The notes below the pieces were generated by a model. The model saw only the letters and a program-made list of their open reading frames with translations, was not told the DNA's origin and ran no database searches. Below are positions 46,680 to 57,008 of a stretch of DNA of 64,000 nucleotides, one piece after another. The stretch's first letter is position 1; every line of letters starts with the position of its first letter. The position numbers were made by a program, and so were the translations under genes. The stretch is from Eubacteriales bacterium. Lineage in GTDB: Bacteria; Bacillota; Clostridia; Oscillospirales; CAG-272. The stretch lies in NCBI GenBank assembly GCA_045541735.1, contig JAZQJQ010000138.1, positions 11,034 through 75,033 of the forward strand. Direction: 5' to 3'.

Positions 46680-47894
46680 TTATAGCGATCTGTCGGTGAG
46701 GATCTCCTGAAGAATATCGCAGACTTTTTCCATTGATTCGACGGAAACATATTCAAAGCGTGAGTGAAAATTCTCTCCTCCCGTACAAATATTGGGGCAA
46801 GGCAGACCTTCAAAGGAAAGTCTTGCGCCGTCTGTTCCGCCTCGTATCGGGATTATTTTCGGCTCAACGCCGCATCTGACCATAGCAGCCTCGGCTCTGT
46901 CAACGGTATATTTATGCTGCTCGATGATCTCGCGCATATTGTAATAGGAATCCTTTATCTCAACAGTTACGTACTCTTTACCGTATCTAATATTAAACTC
47001 CTCAGCGGCTTTAGTAAAATATGCCTTGCGTGCCTCAAATTTTTCTCTGCTGTGATCTCGGACTATATAGGTCATCTGAGTTTTCTCGATATCTCCGGCA
47101 ATATCACATAGATGATGAAAGCCTTCATATCCCTCGGTAAGCTCCGGAATATCAAGTGCCGGAAGCATAGAATTGAATTCCATAGCCATAGTAACGGCGT
47201 TCTTCATTTTATGCTTTGCGGAACCCGGATGAATAGACACCCCGTTTACTGTAACCCGTACACCTGCAGCATTAAAATTTTCGTACTCAAGCTCGCCGAG
47301 AGCACCTCCGTCGACCGTATAAGCATAATCCGCACCGAAGTCCGCAACGTTGAATTTATCGGCGCCTCGGCCAATTTCCTCATCCGGAGTGAATCCGATG
47401 CAGATATCGCCGTGTTCGGCGTCGCTTTCAATAATCTTTTCTATTGCGGTCATTATCTCGGCAATTCCCGCTTTATCGTCTGCGCCAAGCAAAGTTGTTC
47501 CGTCTGTTACGATAAGATGCTCACCTTTATATCTCGCAAGTGACGGATAATCTTCTTCGCTGAGATATATTCCCTTCTCCTCGTTAAGAAGAACAGGTGA
47601 ACCGTCGTATACAACTATTTTTGCATTGATAGGGGAATCCGCCGCGGCGGGAGACGTATCCATATGTGCTATCAGTCCAATGGCCGGAAGCTTTCTGTCG
47701 GTATTTGACGGAAGCTTAGCATAAACATAACCGAACTCGTCTATTCTTGCGTTCGTAACTCCGAGCGATATCAGCTCATTCACAAGCTCTACACCGAGCA
47801 CCTTTTGCTTTTCGGTTGAAGGGACAGTTTCACTGCTCTCGCAAGACATTGTGGGAAAGGATACATATTTTAAAAACCTTTCACTTACATTCAT
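46680..47894 (-). CDS. pepT: Peptidase T (tripeptide aminopeptidase, M20B)
   Basis: MNVSERFLKYVSFPT, IAHMDT, GADDKAGIA, FTPDEEIG, RGGTDG. Confidence 0.9.
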   Translation of the reverse strand: MNVSERFLKYVSFPTMSCESSETVPSTEKQKVLGVELVNELISLGVTNARIDEFGYVYAKLPSNTDRKLPAIGLIAHMDTSPAAADSPINAKIVVYDGSPVLLNEEKGIYLSEEDYPSLARYKGEHLIVTDGTTLLGADDKAGIAEIMTAIEKIIESDAEHGDICIGFTPDEEIGRGADKFNVADFGADYAYTVDGGALGELEYENFNAAGVRVTVNGVSIHPGSAKHKMKNAVTMAMEFNSMLPALDIPELTEGYEGFHHLCDIAGDIEKTQMTYIVRDHSREKFEARKAYFTKAAEEFNIRYGKEYVTVEIKDSYYNMREIIEQHKYTVDRAEAAMVRCGVEPKIIPIRGGTDGARLSFEGLPCPNICTGGENFHSRFEYVSVESMEKVCDILQEILTDRSL

Positions 47895-47993
47895 AAGATC
47901 ACCCTATTAAATTTATTTTACTTAATTTTACTTCATTTCCACTCATAAATTCAAGACAAATCATAAAATCTATATGACAGAAATTGCGGAACA

Positions 47994-48023
47994 TAAAAAA
48001 CCCGCCCCGGTCTCCCGGGGCGG
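47994..48023 (-). terminator. Rho-independent terminator after the solute-binding protein gene
   Basis: ccgccccgg / ccggggcgg stem with 4-nt loop, then a U6 run on the minus strand. Confidence 0.7.
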
Positions 48024-48031
48024 TAAAGCTT

Positions 48032-49543
48032 TTATTCTACTTCTTTAAGAGCATCGATCTGAGTATTGGTATTCTTTATCTGGTTATCAGCAGACTTCTT
48101 AAAGCGCTCTATCATAGAAGCAAATCCGTCGGGCTGATTATTGTTCAGAAGAGTAGCAAGCTGAGAGTAGTAAGAACCGATGGAGAAATAGTCACCGAGG
48201 TCAACGACCTTGGTATCGAAGCAGATCTCAATAGATCCTGCAGACTCCTCATCGCGAATGTGAGTACCGTGAAGGGTCTTATCATAGTATGCAGGAGTAA
48301 GAGTAGATTTTCCGAGATAACCGAGGAGCTCAGCGATCGCGCCGGTTCTGCCTGCATCCTCCTGGAGAGTAGGAACTGCGAAGAAGCAAGCGTGGGTACT
48401 TACGATAGAGCTGTAGTAATTCTCCTGATCGGCAAAGGTCTTAGGCTGAGGAAGGATACCGTAATCGGTATCAAGGTTACGGAAGTAATCAAGGGAGTTA
48501 AAGGAAGACATGGTAAAGAGTGCCTGCTTATTGATAAATATGGTCTTCCAGTCTACGCCGCCCTTCATACCGGACATATTAAGAACATAGTCGTTTGCGC
48601 AGATATTAATAAAGTTTGCAACGCCGGTCATATTACGCTCAGTGTTAAGGGTAAGGGTGAAGTATCCATCCTCATCAAGAGTGATGATCTTACCGCCTGC
48701 AGCGTGAACGGTCGCGATAACACGGCTGTCCCAAACGGTGAGACCGTATTTATCACGGGAATCAAGAACCTCATCGTTGTTAAGATCCTCAGAAACGTAC
48801 GCGGAATACTCATTGAGTTTATCAAGAGTCCAACCGCCGTTTTCAACCAACTGATAGAGCACCTGGGTGTCAACACCTATGTACTCCTTGAACATATCCT
48901 TGTTAAACGCTACGCAGCATACAAAGTCGTTAACAAGAGTAGAGATATCGCCGGAGGTGAAGTAAAGTGAACCTGCAATGGTAGAGTCATTGGTTACAGT
49001 CTGATCCCACCAGGGCTTAGAAACATCGAGATTTTCGAGATTCATAAGGTCATAAAGGTGACCGTTAACAGTAAGTTTAGAAACATCGTAGCTGCGAGCA
49101 ATGGTAAAATCGTAGTTGGTATCACCTGCGGAATATTCTTTAGCAAGAACGGTATTAGCAGAGAAACCGCCGGTAAAGTGCTCTTCTGTTTCAAAAAGAA
49201 CGCCAAAATCTTCTTCCATTTTGAGAGCACGGAGATACACGGCATTGCTGAACACGCTGTTAGACTCTTCGGTAACGAATTCATTTCTGCCGAGAGTAGT
49301 AAGTCCGAGCAGGACGGAGCAGGTGTAACCTTCGAAATCTGCATCCTCGTATACTGCGGGGAGTATTTCGGTAGTTACGGGTTCGGTAGATACGGGAGCA
49401 TCGGTTGCGGGTGTATCAGTTGTAACACCCTCTGTTCCGGACGGTGTTTTTTCACCGCAGGAAGCAAAAGCGAAAACTGAAACAAGCATAACCATCGCCA
49501 TTGCGAATGCAAGGCTCTTTTTAAAAGATGTCTTTTTCATCAA
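48032..49543 (-). CDS. ABC-transporter extracellular solute-binding lipoprotein (orphan; no permease adjacent)
   Basis: Signal plus lipobox VFAFASCGEK. 503 aa, sugar-SBP-like composition. Confidence 0.75.
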   Translation of the reverse strand: MMKKTSFKKSLAFAMAMVMLVSVFAFASCGEKTPSGTEGVTTDTPATDAPVSTEPVTTEILPAVYEDADFEGYTCSVLLGLTTLGRNEFVTEESNSVFSNAVYLRALKMEEDFGVLFETEEHFTGGFSANTVLAKEYSAGDTNYDFTIARSYDVSKLTVNGHLYDLMNLENLDVSKPWWDQTVTNDSTIAGSLYFTSGDISTLVNDFVCCVAFNKDMFKEYIGVDTQVLYQLVENGGWTLDKLNEYSAYVSEDLNNDEVLDSRDKYGLTVWDSRVIATVHAAGGKIITLDEDGYFTLTLNTERNMTGVANFINICANDYVLNMSGMKGGVDWKTIFINKQALFTMSSFNSLDYFRNLDTDYGILPQPKTFADQENYYSSIVSTHACFFAVPTLQEDAGRTGAIAELLGYLGKSTLTPAYYDKTLHGTHIRDEESAGSIEICFDTKVVDLGDYFSIGSYYSQLATLLNNNQPDGFASMIERFKKSADNQIKNTNTQIDALKEVE

Positions 49544-49750
49544 ACTTTCCTCCGTGTAAGTTTAGAAAATGATAATTTACAGTTTAGATTTTACCATAGG
49601 CAAACAAGAATTTCACATCGTTTTTGTTGTGTTAAACTGACTTTTTGTTCTGTCTTGCTTTTTCTTACAAACAAAGCGGCCGATGCAATAACTTTCATTG
49701 TCACAATGCACATACGACCGCTTTGATTATTGTGTTTTTTTACTAATGTG

Positions 49751-50947
49751 TCACTGAGGCTTACTTACAATATTGCCGTTATGTGCAAGGACGTCTCTTA
49801 ATTGACGTACATCAACTGCAGGCACCGTAACGGAATTTCTGACAGCAAGCGCCGCAGCGGTGCCGCAAGCCTCACCGGTCATAACCGCAACCGGAACTAC
49901 ACGGCTTGCATTCCACGCTTCTCCGGTGGAGGATATTATCCTGCCTGCCGCAAGCATATTCGGGAACTTGGAGGAGTAGAGGGTGCGGTAAGGAACCTCG
50001 TACCACGATGTCCTTCTCGACGGACGGAAGTCTGCAAACGCGCCTATCGCATCCTCGAATTTTTCATACATATTGCTCTCTTCAAGCGTGAAATCACCGA
50101 TAATTCGGCGAATGGTTCTGAACTGAGGCATCATAGGAAGTGCTGTTATCTCGCCTGCATTCCTATCCATAGTCTTAAGCTGAGAGATAAGTATTTTCTG
50201 ACCGGTCTGAATGTGAAGATTCACTTCATCACTTGTAACTCCAGCGATAGGCTTAAAGCCTTCCGGCTGGCCCTTGCCGGTCATTCCGGAGCCTGATACT
50301 TTCCAACGGCGCATGGCGAGCATATCGGGCTTGAGGTCATCGTCAAACTTGCGGTAGTGGGAAACAAAGGACATCCAGTTGGTCCCGTCCTCGCATTCAC
50401 AGCCGGCGCGGTGGAATACCTGCGCATCACCGGTAGCGTCAATTACTATCTTACAGGGATAGTACTCGCATCCGCTCTTTGTTTCAGCCAGTATTCCCTT
50501 ACACACACCTCCGTCCATCTGAGGATAAGTTGCAAGAGTGTCATACCTTACGGTAACACCCGCATCGATAAGAAGCTCAAACAGCGCTATTGCAAACGCA
50601 TTAGGAGAAAAATGCGTGGTGTAACGCTTGGAAACACCGTCGCTTTCGCCCTTCTCGCGCCAATCAGCAGGAAGAGTATCCTGACAGTACTTTATCGAAG
50701 CATGTAAAAACTCTTCACCGATACCGCCTATAAGCTTTTTACCGTTGCCGTCGCAGAGGGGCTCGTACCAGTTAATAAGTCCGATCGTGGCGAGTCCGCC
50801 GAGAAGCGCCGCTTTTTCAAGCAAAATCACGCTAGCGCCCTCCCTTGCCGCAGCAAGTGCCGCAGCAGCACCGGCTACACCGCCGCCGACAACGACAACG
50901 TCAAATTCTTTTTTCACTTCCGGAGTAGGAAATCTGAAATTAAGCAT
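49751..50947 (-). CDS. FAD-dependent oxidoreductase
   Basis: DVVVVGGGVAGAAAALAAAREGASVILLEK Rossmann dinucleotide motif. Confidence 0.75.
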   Translation of the reverse strand: MLNFRFPTPEVKKEFDVVVVGGGVAGAAAALAAAREGASVILLEKAALLGGLATIGLINWYEPLCDGNGKKLIGGIGEEFLHASIKYCQDTLPADWREKGESDGVSKRYTTHFSPNAFAIALFELLIDAGVTVRYDTLATYPQMDGGVCKGILAETKSGCEYYPCKIVIDATGDAQVFHRAGCECEDGTNWMSFVSHYRKFDDDLKPDMLAMRRWKVSGSGMTGKGQPEGFKPIAGVTSDEVNLHIQTGQKILISQLKTMDRNAGEITALPMMPQFRTIRRIIGDFTLEESNMYEKFEDAIGAFADFRPSRRTSWYEVPYRTLYSSKFPNMLAAGRIISSTGEAWNASRVVPVAVMTGEACGTAAALAVRNSVTVPAVDVRQLRDVLAHNGNIVSKPQ

Positions 50948-50967
50948 ATATTTCTCCTTATAACAAA

Positions 50968-50990
50968 ACAGAGGTGCAATGCACCTCTGT
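50968..50990 (-). terminator. Short hairpin terminator between the secreted-protein gene and the oxidoreductase gene
   Basis: acagaggtgc / gcacctctgt with 3-nt loop, then TTTGTTAT on the minus strand. Confidence 0.5.
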
Positions 50991-51010
50991 AATTTTTCTT
51001 ATTTGGCGCA

Positions 51011-52507
51011 TTAATCCGCAACAGTGAAGGTCGTGAGCGTCCACATGTCGTAGTATCTGTAATAAAGATCCTTGTAAGAAGTAGACTGCTCAAAAAGCAC
51101 GTTGTTTCCGTCCTCGGGATCATAAGCGGCGGGGTCGCAAACGAGGAACTGATAATCATTAGGATTAGCTGCATCGGGATTTATGCACTTAGTTATAACA
51201 ATATAGTGGCTTCCCATATAACTGCTGTCCATACCGATGATAACGCCTTCGGGATGAAGATCAAGCTGTTCCTTGATCATCTTCTTATTTGCATAATAGT
51301 AAGTGGAAGGCTTGAGAGTTTTACCGTCGACCTTAAAGCGGGAAGCTATCACACCCATAGCGGTATAGATAGGATCGTTATAAAGCAACTCGGTAGCAGA
51401 ACGGCAACCGTCGTTATACGTATTAGCAAGAGCGCAGGTATAAGGATCCGCCTCAAGATTACCGTTCTGACCGCTTCTGAGATCGTAACCCTCGGTCATT
51501 CTTGCATCAAGATTGCGAAGGACCATAGCGGCACAGGAAAGAGCACATCCCTCGTCCATCCAGTCGGCCTTGCTGTTGAAACCGTCTATCATAAAACGCT
51601 TGTAAACACCCTGCGAATAGAAGCAGAGATCCTTGAGGGCAACGGCATTCCAACCGCCGGTATACATATTACACTGGCTGTACCAGGCAAAGGCTTCCTT
51701 ATCCGTAACCGTCACCTTGCAGGAAACGCTCTTATCACCGAGTGTTGCGGTAATTACGGCCGTTCCTGTTGAAAATGCGCAATACGAACCGTTATCATCA
51801 ACAATGGCAACCTTTTTATCGGAAGTGGACCAAACCACTCTATCTGCGTAAACTGAGGGAGTAACAACGGCAAAAAGCTCGTTTACTGTGTACTGCTTTA
51901 CCGTATCATGGTCTTTATTGAGCGAAATAGATATTTCGATATTCTTACCGGTATTTTCGAGCTTCCAACGCTGTGCGGTGGATGCCGAATGCTTCTGAAG
52001 TTCGCACAGATTATAGTAATAATGCGCAAATCTTGTAGAAGATTCAGCAAGTGAATAAGCAGAAAGCTTAGAATCGGCAGGACGGATACGGACGGTTCCG
52101 TCACCGTTCTTGGTTATGTAGAAGCGGTTTGTAGAATCATCGGCATCAGACTTATAAACGGAAGTACCTTCGCCGGAATTAAGAGGGCACTCAAGCATAT
52201 ATATGCCGCCGTCATTTTGCGGATATATGGAATAAACGTTGTTTCCTCTGTGAATTATTGCGAACTCCTGAGCGCTTACACCCCTGCGGTTATCAAGGTG
52301 CATTCTTCCGTACGTGTCAAACTTAAAGTCGAAAGCTTCAAGCAGCTTGCCGCTTGAAGAGCTTACTATATTGTATATTCCGTCGGAGATAACGTTGCTG
52401 CTTGTTTGTGCCTCATCAGCCGATACCGTAAAGCACATAGACAAAGCTGCAAGCACAACGGCAAGAAAAAGCGCCGCAGATCTTTTGAATTTGTTGTTAA
52501 GTATCAT
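51011..52507 (-). CDS. Secreted protein: ricin-type lectin-like region, Big_2 Ig-like domain and C-terminal papain/C39-like cysteine peptidase-like domain
   Basis: Signal peptide ...CFTVSADEA. QRWKLEN (beta-trefoil-like). VVWSTSDKKVAIVDDNGSYCAFSTGTAVITATLGDKSVSCKVTV (Big_2). GCALSCAAMVLRNL and GSHYIVITKC (candidate Cys/His). Confidence 0.6.
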   Translation of the reverse strand: MILNNKFKRSAALFLAVVLAALSMCFTVSADEAQTSSNVISDGIYNIVSSSSGKLLEAFDFKFDTYGRMHLDNRRGVSAQEFAIIHRGNNVYSIYPQNDGGIYMLECPLNSGEGTSVYKSDADDSTNRFYITKNGDGTVRIRPADSKLSAYSLAESSTRFAHYYYNLCELQKHSASTAQRWKLENTGKNIEISISLNKDHDTVKQYTVNELFAVVTPSVYADRVVWSTSDKKVAIVDDNGSYCAFSTGTAVITATLGDKSVSCKVTVTDKEAFAWYSQCNMYTGGWNAVALKDLCFYSQGVYKRFMIDGFNSKADWMDEGCALSCAAMVLRNLDARMTEGYDLRSGQNGNLEADPYTCALANTYNDGCRSATELLYNDPIYTAMGVIASRFKVDGKTLKPSTYYYANKKMIKEQLDLHPEGVIIGMDSSYMGSHYIVITKCINPDAANPNDYQFLVCDPAAYDPEDGNNVLFEQSTSYKDLYYRYYDMWTLTTFTVAD

Positions 52508-52647
52508 TATTCACCATTTTTCGGCATAGTTTCACTTATAAAATTTCAGCTAATTATATAACAAAAGCGTATGTTATGTCAAGTGTTTTGCCGTATTTTA
52601 AACTCTGTACCCCGCAAAATGTTGATTTTTCGTACTCAAAACGACAC

Positions 52648-52681
52648 AAAACGGACTGCAGATGGCTTCTGCAGTCCGTTT
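52648..52681 (-). terminator. Rho-independent terminator after gpmI
   Basis: aaaacggactgcag / ctgcagtccgttt hairpin, followed by a U-rich tract on the minus strand. Confidence 0.65.
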
Positions 52682-52691
52682 ATTACAGTGA

Positions 52692-54347
52692 TCACTCAAT
52701 AATTCCCTTATCCCACATAACGGGAGCATCATATCCGAGGAGGTTTACTATAGTTGCCGCAACGGAAGAAAGACCGAAGGATCCGTCATCCTCACGCACT
52801 TTATAGTCGCTTCTGCCGCTCTTATCATAAACGTAGCAAGGAACTTTGTTAAGGGTGTGGCTGGTCTTTGCCTTAAAGCTTCCGCTCTTGGATGCCTTGG
52901 GCTCACCGGTCTTTTTGTCAAGCTCATACATCTCATCCGCATTTCCGTGGTCAGCTGTTATGACCGCAATACCGCCCATCTCATCAACTGCCGCAAGCAG
53001 CCTTGCGAGCTGAAGGTCGAGCGCCTCTACGGAAACGATTGTTGCATCGATGTTTCCGGTGTGTCCTACCATATCGCCGTTAGGATAGTTTACACGGAGG
53101 AACTTATATTCCCCGCTCTTCACACATTCGATAAGCTTATCGGTGATCTCGGCGCACTTCATCCAGGGACGCTGCTCGAAAGGCACCACGTCGCTCTGTA
53201 TCTCTATATAAGTTTCAAGCTCATCGGAGAACTTACCGCTTCTGTTACCGTTCCAGAAATAGGTAACGTGTCCGTATTTCTGTGTTTCCGAAATAGCAAG
53301 CACGTTAACGCCGCTGCCCGCAAGATACTCGCCCATGGTATTGGTGATTTCAGGGGGAGCAACAAGGTATCTGGAGGGGATGTGAAGGTCACCGTCGTAC
53401 TCAAGCATACCGGCGTATACGACCTTGGGAACGCGAACGCGGTCAAACTTAGAAAAATCATCTCCGCTTTCAAAAGCGCGCGAGATCTCAAGGGAACGGT
53501 CTCCACGGAAGTTGTAGAATACAACGCTGTCGCCATCGTTAATAGTGCCGACTGGGTTTCCGTTTTCCGCAATTACGAATGCGGGAAGATCCTGATCTAT
53601 TACTCCGGATTCCTTACGGTAGGTTTCGATCGCCTCCTTTGCGGATGCAAACTGTCTTCCCTCGCCGAGTACGTGGGTACGCCAGCCGCGCTCTACCATG
53701 CTCCAATCAGCTTCATAACGGTCCATGGTGATGTTCATTCTGCCTCCGCCGGATGCAATGCGCGCATCAAAACCTTCGTCTCGAAGAGATGCAAGGAACT
53801 CTTCAAAAGGTTCGGTGTAATCAAGCGCGGAGGTCTCGCCAACGTCTCGTCCGTCAAGCAAAATGTGGAAGCGAACGGTCTTGATACCCTCCTTCTTTGC
53901 CTGTTCGGTCATTGCCTTGAGGTGGTCTATATGAGAGTGAACGTTTCCGTCGGAGAAAAGACCGATGAAGTGAAGCACCGCACCGTCATTTTTTGCGTTT
54001 GCGGAAATCTCCTTCCATGCGTTACCGTTGAACATTTTTCCGGACTCTATGGAGTTGGAAACAAGCTTTGCGCCCTGCGCGAATACCTGACCTGCACCAA
54101 GCGCGTTGTGGCCGACCTCAGAGTTACCCATATCATCGTCCGAAGGAAGACCTACAGCCGTGCCGTGAGCCTTGAGCTCAACGCAGGGGCAGGTGTTTTT
54201 GAGCATATCAAGAGTTGGAGTATTTGCTCTTTCAACTGCATTACCGGCATTTTTGCCGCCAACACCGATACCGTCCATTACAACGCAAAGGACAGGTCCC
54301 TTGGCAGCTTCGAATTTTTCTGATTTTTTAAGTGTCTGCATCATCAA
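52692..54347 (-). CDS. gpmI: 2,3-bisphosphoglycerate-independent phosphoglycerate mutase (long, about 550-aa type)
   Basis: VMDGIGVG, GNSEVGHNALGAG, ITADHGNAD. Confidence 0.9.
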   Translation of the reverse strand: MMMQTLKKSEKFEAAKGPVLCVVMDGIGVGGKNAGNAVERANTPTLDMLKNTCPCVELKAHGTAVGLPSDDDMGNSEVGHNALGAGQVFAQGAKLVSNSIESGKMFNGNAWKEISANAKNDGAVLHFIGLFSDGNVHSHIDHLKAMTEQAKKEGIKTVRFHILLDGRDVGETSALDYTEPFEEFLASLRDEGFDARIASGGGRMNITMDRYEADWSMVERGWRTHVLGEGRQFASAKEAIETYRKESGVIDQDLPAFVIAENGNPVGTINDGDSVVFYNFRGDRSLEISRAFESGDDFSKFDRVRVPKVVYAGMLEYDGDLHIPSRYLVAPPEITNTMGEYLAGSGVNVLAISETQKYGHVTYFWNGNRSGKFSDELETYIEIQSDVVPFEQRPWMKCAEITDKLIECVKSGEYKFLRVNYPNGDMVGHTGNIDATIVSVEALDLQLARLLAAVDEMGGIAVITADHGNADEMYELDKKTGEPKASKSGSFKAKTSHTLNKVPCYVYDKSGRSDYKVREDDGSFGLSSVAATIVNLLGYDAPVMWDKGIIE

Positions 54348-55267
54348 ACCTCTTCTTCATTTATATCATTGTCGAACATCTCTTCGATGTCCTCTTTTGT
54401 AAACACGTAATTATTTCCGCAGAAGCGGCATCCGACCTCTATCACGGGGTCTTTGCCCTCGGCGATTGCCTCGTCTATAAGCGAAAGCGCCTCTTTTTTG
54501 CCGATGCTGTGTACGGCATTGCCGGTTCTTTCGCGTGAGCAGGTGCATTCATACTTAACTTCTATCTCATCGAAAACGTCGTATTCAATTCCGTCGAGCG
54601 CTATGTCGGCAACAAACATGTTGGCCTTGCCGGTTTCCGAATAACGGGAGAATATACCCGAAATATCGGTGAGACGTTCGGCGTTTTTTTCAAGCTTCGA
54701 GATGATCGACTCGTCCGCAAACGGCAAAAGCTGAATAATAATTCCACCCGCACCGATGCAATCTGCATTCTTACCTATTAGAACTCCGAGCGCGCAGAGA
54801 GTCGGTATCTGCTCGCTTTGCGCAAAGTAAGCGGCTACGTCCTCCGCTATCTCGCCCGATACGAGCTCAACGGAACCGATATGAGGCTCTTTACCTCCGC
54901 AATCGCGTATAACGCGCATCATACCGTTTCCGACAGCCGCACCAACGTCAAGCTTTCCGTTAGGTTTAGAGGGCGGATCGGCAAGCGGGTTTTCTATATA
55001 TCCGCGAATGTTTCCAAGCCAGTCGGAGCAAACTATCAGCTTTCCGGCTTCACCGTCGCCGTCAAGTGTGAGGGTGAGAGCGTCGGTCTTTTCACCGAGC
55101 ATACAGCCGATCATAGAACCAACTGTGAGGAGTCTGCCGAGGGCAGCAGATGCCGTAGGAGCCGTACCGTGTATCCTGATCCCCTCGTTTACAATGTCCT
55201 TTGATTCTATAATGTGAACACGCGCACTGCCGTCGCGGGTCATTATCCTTGTTATTTTTGAACTCAT
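54344..55267 (-). CDS. hslO: Hsp33 redox-regulated chaperone
   Basis: C-terminal zinc centre CTCSRER...CRFCGNNY. 4-nt overlap with gpmI. Confidence 0.9.
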   Translation of the reverse strand: MSSKITRIMTRDGSARVHIIESKDIVNEGIRIHGTAPTASAALGRLLTVGSMIGCMLGEKTDALTLTLDGDGEAGKLIVCSDWLGNIRGYIENPLADPPSKPNGKLDVGAAVGNGMMRVIRDCGGKEPHIGSVELVSGEIAEDVAAYFAQSEQIPTLCALGVLIGKNADCIGAGGIIIQLLPFADESIISKLEKNAERLTDISGIFSRYSETGKANMFVADIALDGIEYDVFDEIEVKYECTCSRERTGNAVHSIGKKEALSLIDEAIAEGKDPVIEVGCRFCGNNYVFTKEDIEEMFDNDINEEEV

Positions 55268-56059
55268 TTATTTTACGTCCTCCCAGGGCCGTTTTGCAAA
55301 GTAATATAATCTTTCGTCGGTATCGGTAGGATTCGAAAAATCCATATTTCCGTATACGCCGCAAAATTCCAAGCCCGCCGTCTTTAATGCACGGAGTACC
55401 GTACGGTGAGAAAAATACTTTTCGCGCTGGACAGCATCCGTACGCTCGTATCTTCCGTCCTCACGCTCTTCGAAGACCGACAGCCTGAACTCGGCGATAC
55501 CGCGCTTGGGATCATAAAAATTCTCCCAGCCGCAATACATTCCGTCATCCTCAAGAATATACGCATTATCTCCGTAGATACGTTCATATTTGTATTTTGA
55601 ATTGAGATCAAAATACAATACTCCGCCGTATTCGAGATAGTTACAAGCGAGACGGAAGACTTTTTCAAGCTCCTTGGCGGAAGTAAGGTGATTCAACGAA
55701 TCAAGGCAACAGGTAATAGCATCGACCGTGCCGTAAAGCTCAAAGTCGCGCATATCCTGACAAAGGAGAAGTACGTCGGTAAATCCCTCTTGATACAGTC
55801 TGTCTCTTGCGGTATTAAGCATATTCGGCGAAATATCAGCGCCTTGCATATCAAGTCCCCGCCGAGCAAGCTCTAAAAGCATACTGCCTGTGCCGCAACA
55901 AAGGTCAAGCGCTGTATTCGGGCGTCTTGAAAACCGCTCTGCTCCCTCAAGAAAAAAATCCGCCATAGCAGAGTGGTCTACGCAAGCGTTTATGCCGTCA
56001 TACCTGCTTGCGAGTATATCGTAAATACCCTTTCCGTTCATCTCTTCACCTACGGCCAT
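55268..56059 (-). CDS. Class I SAM-dependent methyltransferase
   Basis: ALDLCCGTGSM motif I and YGGVLYFD. Confidence 0.75.
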   Translation of the reverse strand: MAVGEEMNGKGIYDILASRYDGINACVDHSAMADFFLEGAERFSRRPNTALDLCCGTGSMLLELARRGLDMQGADISPNMLNTARDRLYQEGFTDVLLLCQDMRDFELYGTVDAITCCLDSLNHLTSAKELEKVFRLACNYLEYGGVLYFDLNSKYKYERIYGDNAYILEDDGMYCGWENFYDPKRGIAEFRLSVFEEREDGRYERTDAVQREKYFSHRTVLRALKTAGLEFCGVYGNMDFSNPTDTDERLYYFAKRPWEDVK

Positions 56060-56146
56060 AATTAGGCATCATGATTAAGCATTTCCAATATATTCTAATA
56101 CATTCGCTTTGCAAAGTAAATACCTTTGCGAAATTTTATTTTAGCA

Positions 56147-56185
56147 AAAGGGGATGTAAATAAATCACTTTTTTACATCCCCTTT
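56147..56185 (-). terminator. Rho-independent terminator
   Basis: aaaggggatgtaaa / tttacatccccttt, perfect 14-bp stem. Confidence 0.6.
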
Positions 56186-56187
56186 GG

Positions 56188-56571
56188 TCACTCTTTAAAA
56201 TTTTTTTCCATATAACGCTTATGCATGATCCGCGGCGTGGATTCGCAGTGTGAGCCGATAGCAAAAGCTATCTTCTGCCAGCTCCATCCGTCTATGTAAT
56301 ACATAGTGAATATTCTGCGTATAGTGCTTTGCTCTATTCCGTTTATAAAATTCTGTATCTCACTTGCTACCTCCATACAACGCACTAGATTCTCATTTAT
56401 CGCATTGCGGTAAGCCTCAGCTTCGGGGCAGCAGATACCGCCAAGCCTCTCCGCATCCTTTTCAAGAAAGCGAAGTCTGATCCTTTCGGCCGTTGCTTCC
56501 TTGAGCAAAGACCTGTAATCTTCAAGCTGCTGTCTTGTGAGGCGGACGGGTATACTCTTCTTTTTCAGCAT
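56188..56571 (-). CDS. Small sigma-70 region-4-like HTH protein (phage-type, DUF1492-like)
   Basis: STIRRIFTMYYIDGWSWQKIAFAIGSHCESTPRIMHKRYMEK resembles sigma region 4 / phage late-regulator proteins (from memory). Confidence 0.5.
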   Translation of the reverse strand: MLKKKSIPVRLTRQQLEDYRSLLKEATAERIRLRFLEKDAERLGGICCPEAEAYRNAINENLVRCMEVASEIQNFINGIEQSTIRRIFTMYYIDGWSWQKIAFAIGSHCESTPRIMHKRYMEKNFKE

Positions 56572-56581
56572 TCAACCCTCC

Positions 56582-56860
56582 TCAACGATTTGCACTAAGA
56601 GCAAGCACTGTGTCACGGATTGTTTCAAGCTCTCCGCTCAAGCGTTTCTCATCAGCGGAAAGCGAGTCGATCTCCTCGGCTATCTCTGAAAGCAGCTCGT
56701 CAAGCTTATCGAGCGCCGCAAGCATCTCTTCCCTCGTGGAGGGCATATCAAAACGGGGTTCGTATGGGTCACAAGTGACCGATGTGAAGTTGCTAAGCAA
56801 ATCCTTTCTCCTTTTCCGAGGGTGTTTTTTACGAAATTCGACAAAATTCGAAATTTCCAT
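56582..56860 (-). CDS. Hypothetical coiled-coil protein (92 aa)
   Basis: ORF with acidic heptad-like segment LAALDKLDELLSEIAEEIDSL. Putative promoter TTGAAA-17-TATAGT lies only about 5 nt before the ATG. Confidence 0.4.
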   Translation of the reverse strand: MEISNFVEFRKKHPRKRRKDLLSNFTSVTCDPYEPRFDMPSTREEMLAALDKLDELLSEIAEEIDSLSADEKRLSGELETIRDTVLALSANR

Positions 56861-56972
56861 ATTTTTACTATATCACATAATTTTTCCATTTTCAAGTAAA
56901 ATAATCAAAATTATCCCCTCTATGAATTTGCCTACATTCTACAACATTAAAATCGTACAAATCGTACAAACC

Positions 56973-57008
56973 GAAAAAATTTCCCGCACTTTTTAAAAGT
57001 GCGGGAAA
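56973..57008 (-). terminator. Rho-independent terminator ending the ABC/GldG/DUF4340 operon
   Basis: tttcccgcact / agtgcgggaaa hairpin plus U6 on the minus strand. Confidence 0.7.

Noticed and set aside
52857-54323. 488-aa ORF antisense to gpmI. Similar long antisense ORFs occur at 670-1680, 10107-10814, 11736-12746, 18968-19687, 20591-21208, 21930-22772, 36032-36643, 37800-38408, 43155-43730, 44098-44877, 47984-48970, 51206-51772, 59517-60335 and 60959-61543.
   Set aside because: Each lies opposite a gene with clear family motifs. None has an SD site or a recognisable domain. Their abundance is a codon-bias artefact. The pattern is pervasive, but it is not evidence of overlapping genes.
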